Shown piece by piece: positions 40,001-55,000 of a DNA stretch of 64,000 nucleotides. The translations under genes and the position numbers were made by a program. Source of the stretch: Lingula anatina (Eukaryota > Animalia > Brachiopoda); the NCBI GenBank assembly GCA_051362555.1, contig CM120640.1:61296788-61360787 (forward strand), in the 5' to 3' direction. Under the pieces are notes generated by a model. That model was not told the DNA's origin and ran no database searches. It saw only the letters and a list, made by a program, of their open reading frames with translations. Position 1 is the first letter of the stretch. Each line of letters opens with the position of its first letter.

Positions 40001-43000
40001 ATTCTGTCAATCAGTCTCCTAGAAAGAGCCGTAAAAATGGCACATCTGAACAGCCCTACCTGTCAGACTTTACCAACTGTAAAACACAAACCTCCAAGGA
40101 AAGGCTTTCCCCTCTCTCATTTTTCCATCAGCAGAGCCCCAATTCAAAGATAGGAAGCTGGCACCATAGCTTTTATTTTCCTGGCACATCTGAAAATGCT
40201 GTAAGTGTGCAAGCAAGTGATGGTACCTTGTCCCCTCTTTATCATGGAGGGACCACCATCAGCATGTTCTGTCTGGTATGTGACAAGTCAACCCAGGTTG
40301 ATGACAGCATGAATGAACACATAGTCAAAAAGAATATTGCTGCTCAAATGAGTATAGAAAAAGGTTTGGAAGCAGAAAATGGGTCACTAAAACAGCACTT
40401 TTCAGTCAATGCCATTGATGAAGTAGAAGACAAATTGGAGGATGTTACACAAAAAACAGCTTGCCCTGTAACCGCTGTTTTGAGTATGAGACATGTGTCA
40501 TGTTCTACACAAACAGAGAGCATATCCAAAGAAAATTGCCAGTTTGAGGAAAGTGACAGTCTTAGTCCCCAAAAAACTAATGCATATTTTGTCCCGAGTT
40601 CAAACAGTGAGTTGATGCACACAACAATCAACAGGCTGAGTAAAAAAAATAGCAAAATTCAAAGAGAGAGGGTTACCAGAACTATTCCACGTACAAAAGA
40701 GATTGAAGACCTCATCAGAAGATCAGAGTTGACAATATCAAGGGTAAAAGGTCTATTGAATAATGCAGAAAATGTCAAGACAGAAGAAGAAATACAAGAG
40801 TCAGTTGTGTCAGCATTTTCTGAAGACAGACCAGGCGTTTCCATCCAAATGAATCCAGAAGATGAAACTCAAGAATCAGCTGTTCACATGACCTCTTTGG
40901 AAGATGGGACCCAGAATCATTGCAGAAATAAACACATTTCTACCATAGAAGAACCAGACAATAATCCATGTACTTCTTTAATTGATAAAAGTGCTCTAGC
41001 AAAAGAAAATGTGGCAAGTTGGTTGGAAGCATATGATCAAGTTTTTAATGAGGAAGAAAGTGACAAGGATTCTGAACATGTCAGTGTTTCAGACGATGAG
41101 TGTCAGAGAAGTATGTCAGGGTATATGTCTGATGTAGGAACAAATAGTACTTGCTGCACAGATTTCGAAGATAAATTTGCCACCAACCATTCCACAACGA
41201 GATCAAGGAGAGGAAGCATTCTGCGCCAGATGTGTTTTGAGTACAGTAATGAAGCTCAAATATCAGAAGCTCTTGAAGAACCTGGACATACATCAAACAC
41301 CCAATATGACAAAGACTTTCTTAGGATGATTATAGCTGTCAATTCTGAGACTAGGAGACAGCTACAGATGCATCTAGGGAGTAATGAGAATAATCACTCT
41401 TCAGAGCTAGATGATCTCTCTGCCTCAATACCCACTGACCTGTTCCAGACTTTTGCCTCATTGCCAATGACTGACCAGAGTAAACAGCAGCTTTTGAGGG
41501 ATATATCACGAGACTACTCAAGCCACACAGTGACTGCCACAGTGAGACGACTTATGGAAATCTCACAAGAAGGTAGTATATCATTGCAAGAATCAGATTA
41601 TATCCCCATGGTAGAGAGAAATGCTCAGGCCTCTGATGCAGTCCGCAGTGCAGGAGAATACATGAAAGCAGATACAAACAATGTGCCAAGTAATAGCGTT
41701 CATCTAGATGAAGAAACTACCCAAAATGTTGGTGATGGCATAGTTGCAAGCTTATCGAGGCAGCAGATTGACAACAGTGAGAGAAATGATATTGACAGCA
41801 GTGTTGAAGAAACACTTAATGATTTGACCAGTCATATTGACTCCATGCCCCTAAGTGATACCAGTGTTTCTCTCCCTCAGCCACACTCAGTGGAAGAAGT
41901 AGATAGTTTCAATATACTTTTAAGAATGTCCAGAGACAGCAACTCCTCAGTATCTGAATCTACCACACATTTACTGGCAAAATGTCCTCAAGAAGTGGAT
42001 GCCAGTGGAAGTGGTGCACAGCATATAATTGCAAGCAAAACAAGCTCTTCAGCATCAAACTTTAATCCAACTCTGATTCCTATACAAGAGATATATGACC
42101 ATGGTCATGACATTGTGGAAAGCAAGGTGATAAATGATAGCTATGAGCTACCAGATAAAAACAGTTGTGGATGTAAAGAAGAAGAAGGTACTGAGCCATG
42201 TTGCACCTGGAGTAGGGATGATTACTTTTCTGAGCTGGACAGTTTCTTTTCTAATTACAAGGAGCTGGAAGAGAAAGGGAGTCATGGAATGGGTGCCTCA
42301 GGCGAGGATATTTCATCACTTTATGATCTCTTGAAGATTAACAGTGCTTGTACAGAAACAGTTTCTAAGGATAACACTTCTATATTTAGACCAATTAGTA
42401 GTTCACCACATGAAGAATTTGATAGAAATGAAGATGTCAGTGGTGAAGATTGCAGTACAATTTCTGATTTTGTGGGTGGAACCTCCAAAATGTCAGACGA
42501 AAACAAACGGTGTTATGAAAATGTTGCATGCTGCATGGCACTTGCGGCATCAGGGGCTCCTTGTTGGGATGCTCCAAGGAATTCAAACAACCAACAAAAT
42601 ACAAGTGACTCTGCAAAGTGGCAGGAATTACTGGGAATTAGCTCTCTGCAACCTAATGATTACCCGGGAAGTGCTTTTGATGCCACAAAACAAAAGATAC
42701 CCTCAGGGAACAGCAGTTATAACTATGCTGAAGATATAAAAGCAGTTGATGGCAACACCTGTGGTTGGGAAATGGTGAAGAGCAAATCTGCAGACAAGAA
42801 TGGATCAGATTCCAGTAATCAATGTTGGCCAGAAGATGACAGGTTAGTGGCTGCATGGCCACACTGGTAGATAATTGTAGAAATCAACTTGTGTAAACAG
42901 CACAATTTTATCAGTTAGGTATATGCACAGCTCTTTTCCTTGTAAAAATTGACTTTTAGTCTGTGATTTCTGGTTGCTTAATTGCAACATTGTTATCATT

Positions 43001-46000
43001 GTGTCAATTGTATGTATTTTTGTATGGATTGTGCTACATACTTGCATGTCTGTTAAAATGTTTATTTCATGTTCTGTCTTCAATTGATGTTGTTACATCT
43101 ACAGTAACTTGTCTTGTCTGAATATATATTGTCAATATTCAATATATGCATGATAAATGTAAACATCTAAGAGTTGCAATTTGTATGAAATGTGGAATAA
43201 AGAAGCCTTTTAATGTTTTTCAATTGTGGATTTTTTCTTGTGTATGTTGTGTATATAAAACGCCTATTATATTGCCAAGAATGAGTAAGACTGTTGTGAT
43301 ATATTAAATTGGGTGTACTTATGTTTAACTAGAACATGCCATTGTTCGTAATTGCTTTATCATATCATTTGTGCCACATACTGTTCACCTAGGGTGATTG
43401 CTTTTGAAGATTGAATTTAGGATTTTTGATGTAAAATGATTTATTGGTTATGTCTTAAAGAGCAGTTATAACTGATTCAAACTACTTCTCCCCCTCCCTC
43501 CCTCTCTCTCTCTCTTTCCTCTCTCATCTGTCAATCTGTCCTTGTATTGTCTTCAGTGGTGTCACAATGGTTTCTGTTTAACTGTTAATTGAGAGCAAAA
43601 CAACGAAAGCACAACTTACTACAAAAAAACAAAACAAAAAACTCAGTTTTGTAAAATGAAAAAAAAAACAAAAAAATAAAAATAAGCTGAACATATGATT
43701 TTTCATCATTTGTTTGTCATGTTTATTTAAGCTTGTATTTTTGCAATTTTGAATTAAAATGTAAGGATCCTATGTAGTTTTTCAAAAATATTATTTTTTA
43801 ATCATTTTCTGTAATGATATTTCCTCTTTCATCTTACAGAGTAGGTCCCCATGGTATTAAAACAAAAACAAAGATAAATAAAACTCTTGAAGATGATGAA
43901 GAAATTGATGATGATGTTGCTGCAGAGGCACTGGAGATTGAAAGGGAATCCTTACGTATTATGCATGAGATGGAAGTGGAGAGAAAAGGACAAATGATAT
44001 CAACCCCAAAAACTACTCATGCAAATAGGACCAGGAGCCCTGATATCTCTGCCATTACACCAAAGGTATGAGACTATACTAATCCATAAATATCAATTGC
44101 ATTATAACCATTGTTTTTTTTTGTTTTTTTTTTTTTGGTTTTTTTTACTTGAAATGGATATTGAAAGATATCTGTATATTATTTTTTCAATAAAAAAAGC
44201 GTCAGAAATATTTACAGCATAATTTTTAACTCTGCTGTAGATACAGGACACTTTAAAACCGTGAGGCAAGGAAACACGAAATGCTATCTAATTATAGTGA
44301 CTGTCTAATGCATCAGATATGGCACTAAATACTTGCCATTACTGTTATTGTGTGGCTTGGAATCAACCCGCATAGGATGATGAATTATAGCATGAAATGC
44401 ATTACACTAATTGAAAAACAACTAGGAAACCTTGGTTTATGTACCAATTAACTCAGATGATGTGTGTTCTAGAAACCTATATGGACCATTAGCAAGGCTT
44501 GCATTTACAATAGATAATGCCTGTAGCTGCATGAACACTTTTCACTGACTTTTCCGACTTTTGTCAGAATTATGACTTTTTCATGGTCATTTGGGTTATT
44601 CTTATGAATCGTGTACTCTGGACCCCCTGCCAATTTTCCTACTTTTTCAGTGAGGACTCATCCCTGACTTTTGCTACTGAATTTCTTTCAGTTAAATTTT
44701 TCCAACTGCATTGTCAACTGTCATTTTTATCTTCAAAAGAATACATTGTTGGAATGAAAGTGTTAACCAGGTCCAATAACTACTACATACTATTCGAGGG
44801 TGTTGTGTCTGTCAATTCCTTGTTTTCTAGAAGGTGAAAAAGTTTATTTTTTATCTCATTATTATATCATATTCTGTTATTTATAATGATTTGTTTGGGT
44901 TTTGTTTCCAGACAAGTGGGAAAGTGTTTCAAGCTAGAAGTAATGAATTAAAGGAATTGACAAGAAGTCTTCACCAAACTTGGGATGAGAAGCAGGTATT
45001 TTTTTTCAAAACCTATTATATTGCTCTGCACATGCATAACTGCAATGCCGCAGAAAACTAAGGTCAAAATAGCATTAGATAAATATTTTCATGCCACCCA
45101 GTTCATATCTTTAATTTAAATGTTGATTTATTGTTCACATTTTCACTATCCTGTTAGTATTTCAAAATGTATTCTCTTTCCAGTTCTTTGTTGAAAAAAT
45201 GTGTTTCTCTACAGAACTAGTTCACATGTATTACAGGCACTAGAGCAAGAGTTGAAGACAGTTCAGGACACTCTGAAAAAAGGCAGAGCAGATGTAAAAC
45301 ACATAGAGAAACTCACTAAAGAAAACAGGACTAAAGCTGAAGATGTGCGGTAAACAGGCTTAGTCTTGTTATTAGAATTATAGTTATGTATTAAATAATG
45401 ACAAAAAACCTTTGTCACTCGGATAAAGTTAAATTTTGTGATAAATAGGGAGAAACACTTATTTATTAAAGATCCTAAGCATGTAATGAAAATATAACAA
45501 TGAATGAATAGTACCTGGAAGCAATAGTTTATACCTGAATGCCTATATTCACTACAGATCTGAGCTGATGCTGGCAGAATTTAAAAGAGATAAATCAATC
45601 AAGGAGTTAGAGCACATCACAGAAGATCTGGCCAAGAAAAGACGGAAAGCTAAAGAACTTGAAGCCAAAATAGATGCCATGCATGATGATCTAAGGAATG
45701 CAGACACTTTAAGTATGCCGAGAGATGAGGTATGTATTCACTAATAGGTAGAAGCCAGTTTTCTTTATGGAGACACTATTAGCATTTTGAAGGAATAGTT
45801 ATAATGTCTACTGTTAATATATATCTCATACATTCCTTTAAGAAATATCAATTAATTTGTGCATATTGTATATTCTCATGTTCGTAGATAGAATGTCAGT
45901 ATCTCCTGTGCACCATTTAAGTTATTTTGCTTCATTAGTATTCATCTTTGTTTCTTGTATCTGAAAACTGCTTTCACATGAACTTGACAAATCAATATCT

Positions 46001-49000
46001 ACTTAATCTTCTTACTCAAGTCACTTCTTTTATCCTCCTACATTAGCTCTCTGAGCTTTTGAAAGAGCACGTAGAGCTGAAAAAGAAACTCCGAGAAGGC
46101 CATGCTGCTGAACTGGAAAGAGATGAACTTGAAAAACAACTGGATGCAACCAAAGAAGAACTTTTCCATGAACAGAAAAGGGCACGTGAAAAAGAAGAGG
46201 AACTGGAAGAGGTTTGAGCTTTTATTTGTATTTTGTTGTTTTTTTTTTTTAGATAAATTAGTACTTGATATATAGAACAATGTAGAACACTCTTACTAAT
46301 GAATTGTTATATGACTTCTTATTAAGTGCATATATATGGCAAACTCACTTAAAATATAGAAATAGATTTACCAAGGAATCATATTGTGATTTTTTTGATA
46401 CATCCATACATAACGAAGGCAATCTTCAATATGTTTTGTATGTAGTTCTTTTATATGTAGTTCTGTTTGCAGGTGAAATATTATCGCCTGGTCTTACACA
46501 GTTACCAGCAGTCACACAGTTTCAATAACTAATTATTATAGGATTACTAGATACTATAGTGTCTCTTAGTTTGCATGGTTGATCTATAGGGAAGTTTACA
46601 GAAGACAGACATTCACAAATTAAAATTACAGCAAGCTCTCATATCAACAGTTATACTGTAATGAACAAACCAACAGAGTACATATCTCAGTTACTTGCAT
46701 TTTGACTGAAATAAATATTTAATTGGATTTTTTCATATAATAATTGGTATTGATATTTTAGCACATTTTATTTTTCTAAACTATATGTGGAAATATGTAA
46801 CATTTAAAATTTAATTCAGTTTCTGTTCATGTGCACTTCCATGTACCTTTTACCTGTAATGTATATGCTTTAAAAATGTAGGAAGTGGAAGCAACTAAGA
46901 ATCAGCTGGAAGAGCTGCAGGCTGCCAAGGAAAATCTAGACCAACAGTTGGAGAAACTACAAAATAGGTTCAGGGATATTGACAAGGAAAAGAATATGGT
47001 GATCAAGGTATATGTTACGTTAATTGTTTTAGATATGCCAATGTTTTAGGCGTGATAGTGAATTGCTCCTAGATTAGACCACTTTATAGTGGTGGTAAAC
47101 ACACTTTTGTGCAGGTGATTAACACAACTGATTTGGCTTGGCACAATTTTAAATGGATTAATATTCAAATATGGACTTTCAATTTGAGTTTTTTTTCCAA
47201 TAGCAACGAACCGATTCACATTTTTATCAGAAACCTGTTGTAATGATACTTTTCCTGATAGGAAAAATCTGCAGAATATGAACATCTTCGTGAGAGGATG
47301 CAAAATGACATGCTTGAGCTGAAAAAACAGACCACAGTTCAACTAGCTGAGCTGAAGGAATTACTGAAACTGGAACGTGAAAAATGTAACAGTTTACAAG
47401 AAGAAATCAATCACAAAGATGAACTAAACCTCAAACTCAGGTAGGTGGCTTGCATTTAATTCCAAGAAAGGACAAAGAAGGCAGTATATGGAAAGTCTCT
47501 TCCTGCCCGTAGCAATTGCAGATGTGATGAAAAAAGGGGAAATGTTTTAGTTATCATTTAAAGTAGAACAACTTGTTGTATTTAAATCTATCAAAATATT
47601 AGGTGAGCATTTTATATTCTAATTAAGGAAATTTAATTTAATGAAAAATACTTCAGAGAAAACCTCTAAGTGTACATTTTAAAACATTTATCTCTTAATT
47701 AACTTTCTAAATATTCTGTATTATCATGTAGCTGGAGTAGTGCTAGGAATTTTTTTGCACTTAGCCAAATCACTACTTTTTCATCACTTTTTTCTCCAAA
47801 TGGTTTAAATTTGACTAAATAAATCAAATCTACCCTATTTTGTTTAGCCAATTTAAGTCATTTTTAGCATTTGGCAAAAATGGTGAGTGTTAGCACTACC
47901 CCAGCTTAGCAGTGTAGTGTAGTGGATTATCATTTACTTCAACAGATCAAACAAATCCACCATTTGATTTTATATAGGGACCAAGTCATTGAACTTGAAC
48001 AAGAGATGTGTCAGGACACAGAAATCAAAGACAGCGTCATTGAGGAAAATCAAAAAGTAATAAAACAGTTGAAAAAAGAAAAGGTAAGTCTTATGAAAAA
48101 TGTCTGTTTTTCAACCCTTTGCTATCGATGCACTGTCAAGGTACAGTACCAGTTTGAGATATTGATATTTTTGACCAGTTATAGAAAGTATTGATAATGG
48201 GCTTCATATTGTTTATATTATTACAGTTATAGTGTTGTATAATAGATTCAAACATTTTACATTAATCAAAGCAGAAAAAATAATATGGTAATGGAAATAT
48301 TTCTTTTTCTGCATTACATCTTTAAACATGTATATGTCATGGAAAATTAACAAAGAAGTCCTTTCTTATGAAAACAATATACCTGTAGCCTGGACAGTTG
48401 AAGGTAAACAAATAATGCAATACAGCCCAGCTAGTTGTTTATGGTTATAGGCTCCATTGGTCTTATTCATTTGCATATTAATAGAAATGCTTGTTTAGTG
48501 AACTTTGTTTGTTGCTTAGTTTAATAAGTCACATTGAAATATTTGAGGGTAGAATAATATTGGGTAAAGAGCTGTGTTAGTGTGGTACAGGGTGCTTTTT
48601 TCTGCAAAAATTTTAATCAAGCCCTGACACCTGCCAGACTTGTTGATGCTGACTATGTTTAGTAACATTACCACTGCAAGTGCTTGTTAGAGTACCTATG
48701 GCTTCTACAAGTTGGGTTAGGATAGGAGACAAGGCAAGCATGCTTTTCAGGCTGAATAACTAATATCAACAACTAAGATAGGGTCTAGTGTATACTCAGA
48801 TGTGGACTAGATGATATTTCATATAAAAAGAGTACCATTTCATTCTAGCAATATTTAAACTATATATTATGCAAATTGCAGTTGACATACACTCTTTGTT
48901 TATAAAAAATTGTATATTTTCACTCTCTAGGAGAAACTGCTGGCAGATGCTAAGAAAGCTGCAGAACAAGATAAGCTGGATGCATTAGAAAATCAGAGAA

Positions 49001-52000
49001 AAACATTATTGGCTGAACACAAGGATAAATCGAAGCAGCTGGAAGAAAGACTTCTGCAACAAGTTACTGATCATAAGAATGCACTCTGGGTAAGATATTT
49101 GCACTAATTGGTTTGTTGTCCAATATGTTCAATGAGGAGATGCAACTTATCATTTATAAAGCATTATTTTATGTGGTTGTAGAACATTTTAGAGCTGTAT
49201 CTGGAGCAGTTGCTTTATACTTTCTTTATTTTCTCTCTCTCTGAAGGCTAAAGATGAGGAACTGCTCATGGTACGTGAAAGACTTCTCCAGCAGGAGGAA
49301 GCTACTAGGAAACTTGGGGAAAAACTTAGACGTGAGGCTCAGGATCAGGTATGTTTGCACAATGAGAAAAATAGTAGTAGCATCCGTAGATGAACTGTAA
49401 GCTGTTACTTTTAAGACATTACTTTTTGACGGAACTCACACTGCTGTAAGTCACCATCTCTGATATCTTGAGGCAGGGTTTACCAAAAAAGCAGGTGTTT
49501 TAACTATTTAATTTTAACAACTTACATGATTTAAGTTCATATATGTGTTATCAGAGCACAAATAAATGTTACTGCACACTTATTCTAGATACAGAATGCC
49601 ATTGCTAAAGAACGTGAAAACTGGGATAAGGAAAAAGAAAGGTTACTAAAACGTGAACTGAGTCAGCTCCAAGAGGAGACGTCCAGGGTAACCAGTAAGC
49701 TAAAAGATGAACTGGAAAATGAAAAAAGCCAAAACAGTTTATTGGCTGATAAACTTGAACAGCTGAAAGATGTAAGTAAATGCATTATATTAGAGTTTTT
49801 TACTCACATTTGACAAAATGGCTTTGAATTGTTTTTCTTAAACAAACAACTTCCATTTAAGAATCCTTTTATTTTTGATAACAGTTACTGCTGGAAAATG
49901 CAAAACAAACCTGTTTTAAATTGAGATAATGCCTAGAAGTTGAATAAAAAAATCCAGTCAGGCTGTACTGTTATTCCATCTTATATTTAGTAACACCCAG
50001 TGGAAAAATGAAAATCTGTCAATGTGATGGTAAATCTTTTGATCTATGGTGACTTGTCAAGATACCAGCTTTATGACACAGAAGGAATTTAATTTTAACA
50101 GTGCAGAATTGGAAATCTATTACTGATGAGCCCATTTGAATTTTGGAATTGCAATTTGAATTCCACATAACCTGGCAACTGTGAGATTAGGGTATTAAAT
50201 GGCACTTTGATTGCATGTATGCTCCAATGAGCTGATAAGCATGTCAGGAACTACTTTGATCACTGTAGGAATGGTTGTTAGGTTAGTAACTTAAATTATT
50301 TTAAACACATGAAGGCAGAACTAAATCAAATTATAAAATATATAGATGTACACCTATGTGTCAAAGATAATTTGTTCACATCTGGAACGTCAGATTTATA
50401 AAGTAGAAATTGAAATTCAGATTTTTATTTTAATCAAGTCCGATTTTTTTGTTAATTGCGGCACTTGTCCTCAATTTTGACTAAAACCAATATCACAATA
50501 AAATCATTTATTGCTTTTATTGATGCAGTGGCATAAGATGAATTGATCCAATTATGAACAATCCAAAAGCACACAATGCTTTGGTAATAACAGGCTTGTT
50601 ATCAGATTGTACTGTTTGTTTAAAATGTTAGTCAAATAGATGGATGTGAAGTATTATGCACATAAATTTCAACCTTTCCTATAATCACAGGGGCATATAT
50701 ATATATATATATGCTAGTATATGGGATAAAGCGGAGAAATTTGTGTAAATGATCATAAAATTTCATCTTAGATATTTTCCATATAGATTTGAAGCTCATA
50801 TGAGCAAGGTGTATATGTCTACAGTTAAGAGGTAGTAATGAGATTTGGCTGCAGATTTAGATATACAGTAACTAAGACCGCTATTGATTTTTCTGCGATA
50901 AAACTTTGGAGTTGACATAACTTTGGTCCAATTCCAAAAAACAACAGAGCAAGATTGAAAGCTGGAGTCTTAAAGGTTGTTATGTCTCTGTGGGAAACAT
51001 GGGATGTTTACTTGATAGAGAAATCCAACTTAATCTGATGAAAGTATATGACAAGGTTACTGAAAATTGTAATATTCAGCATGGTAATTTGGGTAGACAT
51101 TGGTTATACTGTAGATGTCTATGAAACCTGATGGACCAGAGATGAATGTTAATGATCTGGTTTACTCTGTTCATGTGGTGAGTAATTTTTTAAGTATACA
51201 CATACTGAGATTTGAGTAGAAGATTTAATAACATGTTGCACACAGGCAGTCTTATACTTGGCTATGAAAAGTAATTAAAGTGAAAATTATAAAAATCCCT
51301 GAACAGAAGTAAGCCATTTTGTCAAATATGTTAATCCCTCAGCTGTGCTTTTTTACCATTAAAAGATATTAATAAAAGTAAAATGATTTTATGAAAATAT
51401 TCAATATGTTTATTGAGACTAACATATGAATTTCATAAAAGCATTTTTCAAAGTCACCTGCTTACTGCTTCCCATATTTGCCCCCTGCTTTGTATATGCT
51501 ATGAAATACACAAATTAGAGTGCTCTACCTTCACAAAGAAACCCCTTTAATCAAATAGAATCTTTTTAGGCATTTAGAATTGCCTGGGTAAAGAAACTAT
51601 TAACATTTTAAAAGCAGTTAGTGTAAACACCATTTTGAGCTTTTTGTGGTGTTGAATAGAACTGTGTACTCAACTGTATAACATAGCCACATTTAAAATT
51701 TGAGAAAAGACCAAATTGAATAGCCTGTGATGTGTTTAGCTACCATTAACTTTTTCGGGAAATCAGTTATTTAGACAGATATTTTACGTGACTAAGTGCT
51801 AAGGACATTTCTGAAAATGTGTGTTTTGCCCTAGCTAGTCTATTAACTCAATACAGTCTACATGGTCTACTATGTGACTGTGGGTAGTATTGATCAGATA
51901 GACTCATGTTATTAGTTGGTGTGGCTTCATGTTTATGTTACTGACAATAAATGCATATCATGATAGCTATATGAGTTCATCCGAAAGGTTTCATGCATTG

Positions 52001-55000
52001 TTTTCTTTTTCTTTTTAAATAAATATAAATTATTTGAGCTCAGCCTCTTTTGTTCTTCACCTCTAGGAGTTGGAGGAGGAGAAGCGCCAGGCTTACCAAG
52101 CATACAAAGACAAGCTGACAGCCATCAGTCAAGCGAAGGAGGAAGCCAAGCAAGAACAGCAAAGCAAATTGGAACAAGTCAAGGATATGTTTGAAAGAGT
52201 AATAGCTGGCATAACAATTATAGACATTGGCAGAGAATGAAGATTTCAATATGACAGTTTCACATTCTTTACATTCTTTTTGGTTACAGCAAACCTGTCT
52301 TTTTCTCACTGATGACAATGTATTAACATATGAATAATGTAATACATAAATGTAGTTTTGCTATTTGAAATGTACTCTGTAGACTTGTTATATTATTTAA
52401 TTTTTGTTGTGTTGATATACTAGGAAAAAATGAGAGAAGTAGAGACTTTGAAAGAAACAATTAAAAAACAGGAGGAAGAGCTACGCACACTAAGGCTGGA
52501 CAGGCAGATGGCTTTACAGAAGGAGCGTGAAAGTTCTACTCACTCAGAGAGAACTGAGAAAACAGTGATATTTGAAATTAACGAAGAGTGCAGAAGAGCT
52601 GCAGATCTCTTGGGATTAACTCCAAGGACTGTTAATTTATCCAGGTAGGTTTCCAGAAACTATCACTAGGTTTCCATACTTTGATGGATCCAAATGGATC
52701 AACCTAACTCCCTGGGGGTTCACACTAAATTGCTATCAGATCAAGAGGCTTAACATGTCTATCATGCCTACCGAATCAGCTAGGGGTAAATAATTACCCC
52801 TAACAGTTTCACTAGGTGTGACAGATGTTTAAGCTGGTTAGTTTGATAGCAATTTAGTGAGACTCCCCAGGGAGAAAGATCGATCCAAATAATTATGGGA
52901 ATGGTCCCTTGTTGTTAACTGAATAGTGAAAGTCAGTTGCAGTTGAAATGTTCATTTCGTGATTACTCGGATCCTTGCTTTTAGAATACAATAGTGGAGG
53001 TGAGAAGTAATTTTGAATTGTTTTCTGGAAAATCTCAGTGGTATATTTTGCCTTATGTCTATTATATGATCATATTTAAATTATTTATGATCAACTACAT
53101 CAATTTCTTAGTGATGGCTTTGGAGTTGCACCTTTGTACTTCATCTTATGGACAATTTAACTTCACAATTTTTAATTTATGGAAAGTTTGCAATTATATA
53201 GAAGACGTCACTGGTTGAAAACTTCTTTTTTTGCAGTTTCAAGTTGGAGAATAGTATGAAAACACCAAACAAGTCAGTAAATAAAAACTCCGTGACATAT
53301 AGCAGCCCTTCCAAATCACCAACATCAGCAGCTTTGGTAAGATTGCAAACCAGGTTATACGATTGTTGCTTTTGCATTTGAAATTAAAATAATTTATTAT
53401 AATTTGAGTGATTTAAGACTGAAAAAGAAAGTTTGAAATTGGCCCTTATTAAATACCACCAATGTAATTTATCTATTTTGCCTTTCAGGCAAACTTGAGA
53501 GCGACTAATGAAGAATTGAGAAACCATGTAGAAGAATTGAAACAAGAACTTGACACCCTTAAGTCAGCCTCTTCTAGAAGCCAGCATCAGCAGGTAACTT
53601 TGACACAATTATCTTCAACTGAAGTGTGTGTGTTTGTGTGTGTGCAACTTAATAAATTGGATATTATTCTAAATTAATAAATCGTATTAAAGTAGTTAAA
53701 GAGCAACATACTTAGTATAAAGTATATATAATATTTATTTTACTATTTAAGCTTGAAGAAATTGAAAGACTAAAACAAAATTTACAACGTGAAAAAGAGA
53801 TGGAACTGGAAACTCTGAGAGAAGGCTTGATTCAGGTATGTGCATGTTTTGCTCATTCCCTTGCGAATATATTTCAAAAAGTCAAGAAAAGATAGTGTGA
53901 ATACAATCATGAGTTCTTGCATGTTGTTACTTGAATACCTTGTGTGAATTACTGCTTTTCAACACTGTGTTGTTTGAATTCCTCATTTAATGAGAACTGT
54001 AATTGCATAATTATTTGAAAATGTCTGGCTTTGTTTTTGTTGTTTTTAAACATCTTAATGTTTGATTTGATATTGTTGCCAAATGTTTGTGCTTATGAGC
54101 AGTGTGATTTGCTTCTAACATCAGAATTATTCCTTCTCGTGTTCTTTTAAACAAAAACACTGAAAATAACCGTTCCTATTATTTTATTATTTTTCATATA
54201 ATAAATCTTATTTTATTTTTTTATCCATTAGACATATTATCCTTATAGCTACCGTTATACTACAACCTAAAACTGTAACATACTTTTGAAAACTTCAGAA
54301 ATTTATAAAAAATTGGCCATTTATATCTGACAGTGTTATTACACATTGTCGCAACCATTTTAACTTGATTGCTTCTAAATTTTTATGTTTTCTCTAATAT
54401 GGTATATTTACTTTTTATGTGCTTTATTCCACAATAAATTATAGTTGCACAGGATCTGCTTTGTTTTGTCTTTTGTTCTTTGTACGTGTCATTGCATGAT
54501 GTGCTCAGTTTTGCTTATACATAATTTTTATATAGATCTAGATTTATTAAAAAAATGTGTTCTAACAATTATGTGGCTGTCATTCTAATTAAATTGTTTA
54601 ATACAACAACAGTAGCTCAGATACAAAAAGTCAGTGTGCTTAATTTGCTTGAGTCTTGTCCTCATTCTCTCATTCATACTTTTTAATCATCATTTTAATT
54701 TTTTCCATTAATGGCAAACTGTATATTTTACTAGTATCTTTATTCTAGATTAACAAACTACTTACACATAATGATAGTTATTAGCTGCTTGCTATTGAGT
54801 TTGCCAAGTTGGCAGCTTTGTGAATATTCTCGTGCTTTTCTTCAGGAACACATGCAAGACATCAGTGAGCTATATGACAGTCTTAAGAAAGACCAGTAAG
54901 GAAGCTGTGCTTATGAGTTTCATTACAGTTTTTGAATACACTTTCGTATTTGAATTGTGTGAATTGTCTTTCCGTGTGTCCTGTCTTCTGTGTCATGAGG

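Noticed and set aside
37954-42870. 1638-aa ORF as a transposon or viral polyprotein, or as an intronless gene starting at 37954
   Set aside because: No RT, integrase or transposase motifs and no LTR or TIR. The listed start is GTG and the frame opens upstream at a splice acceptor.
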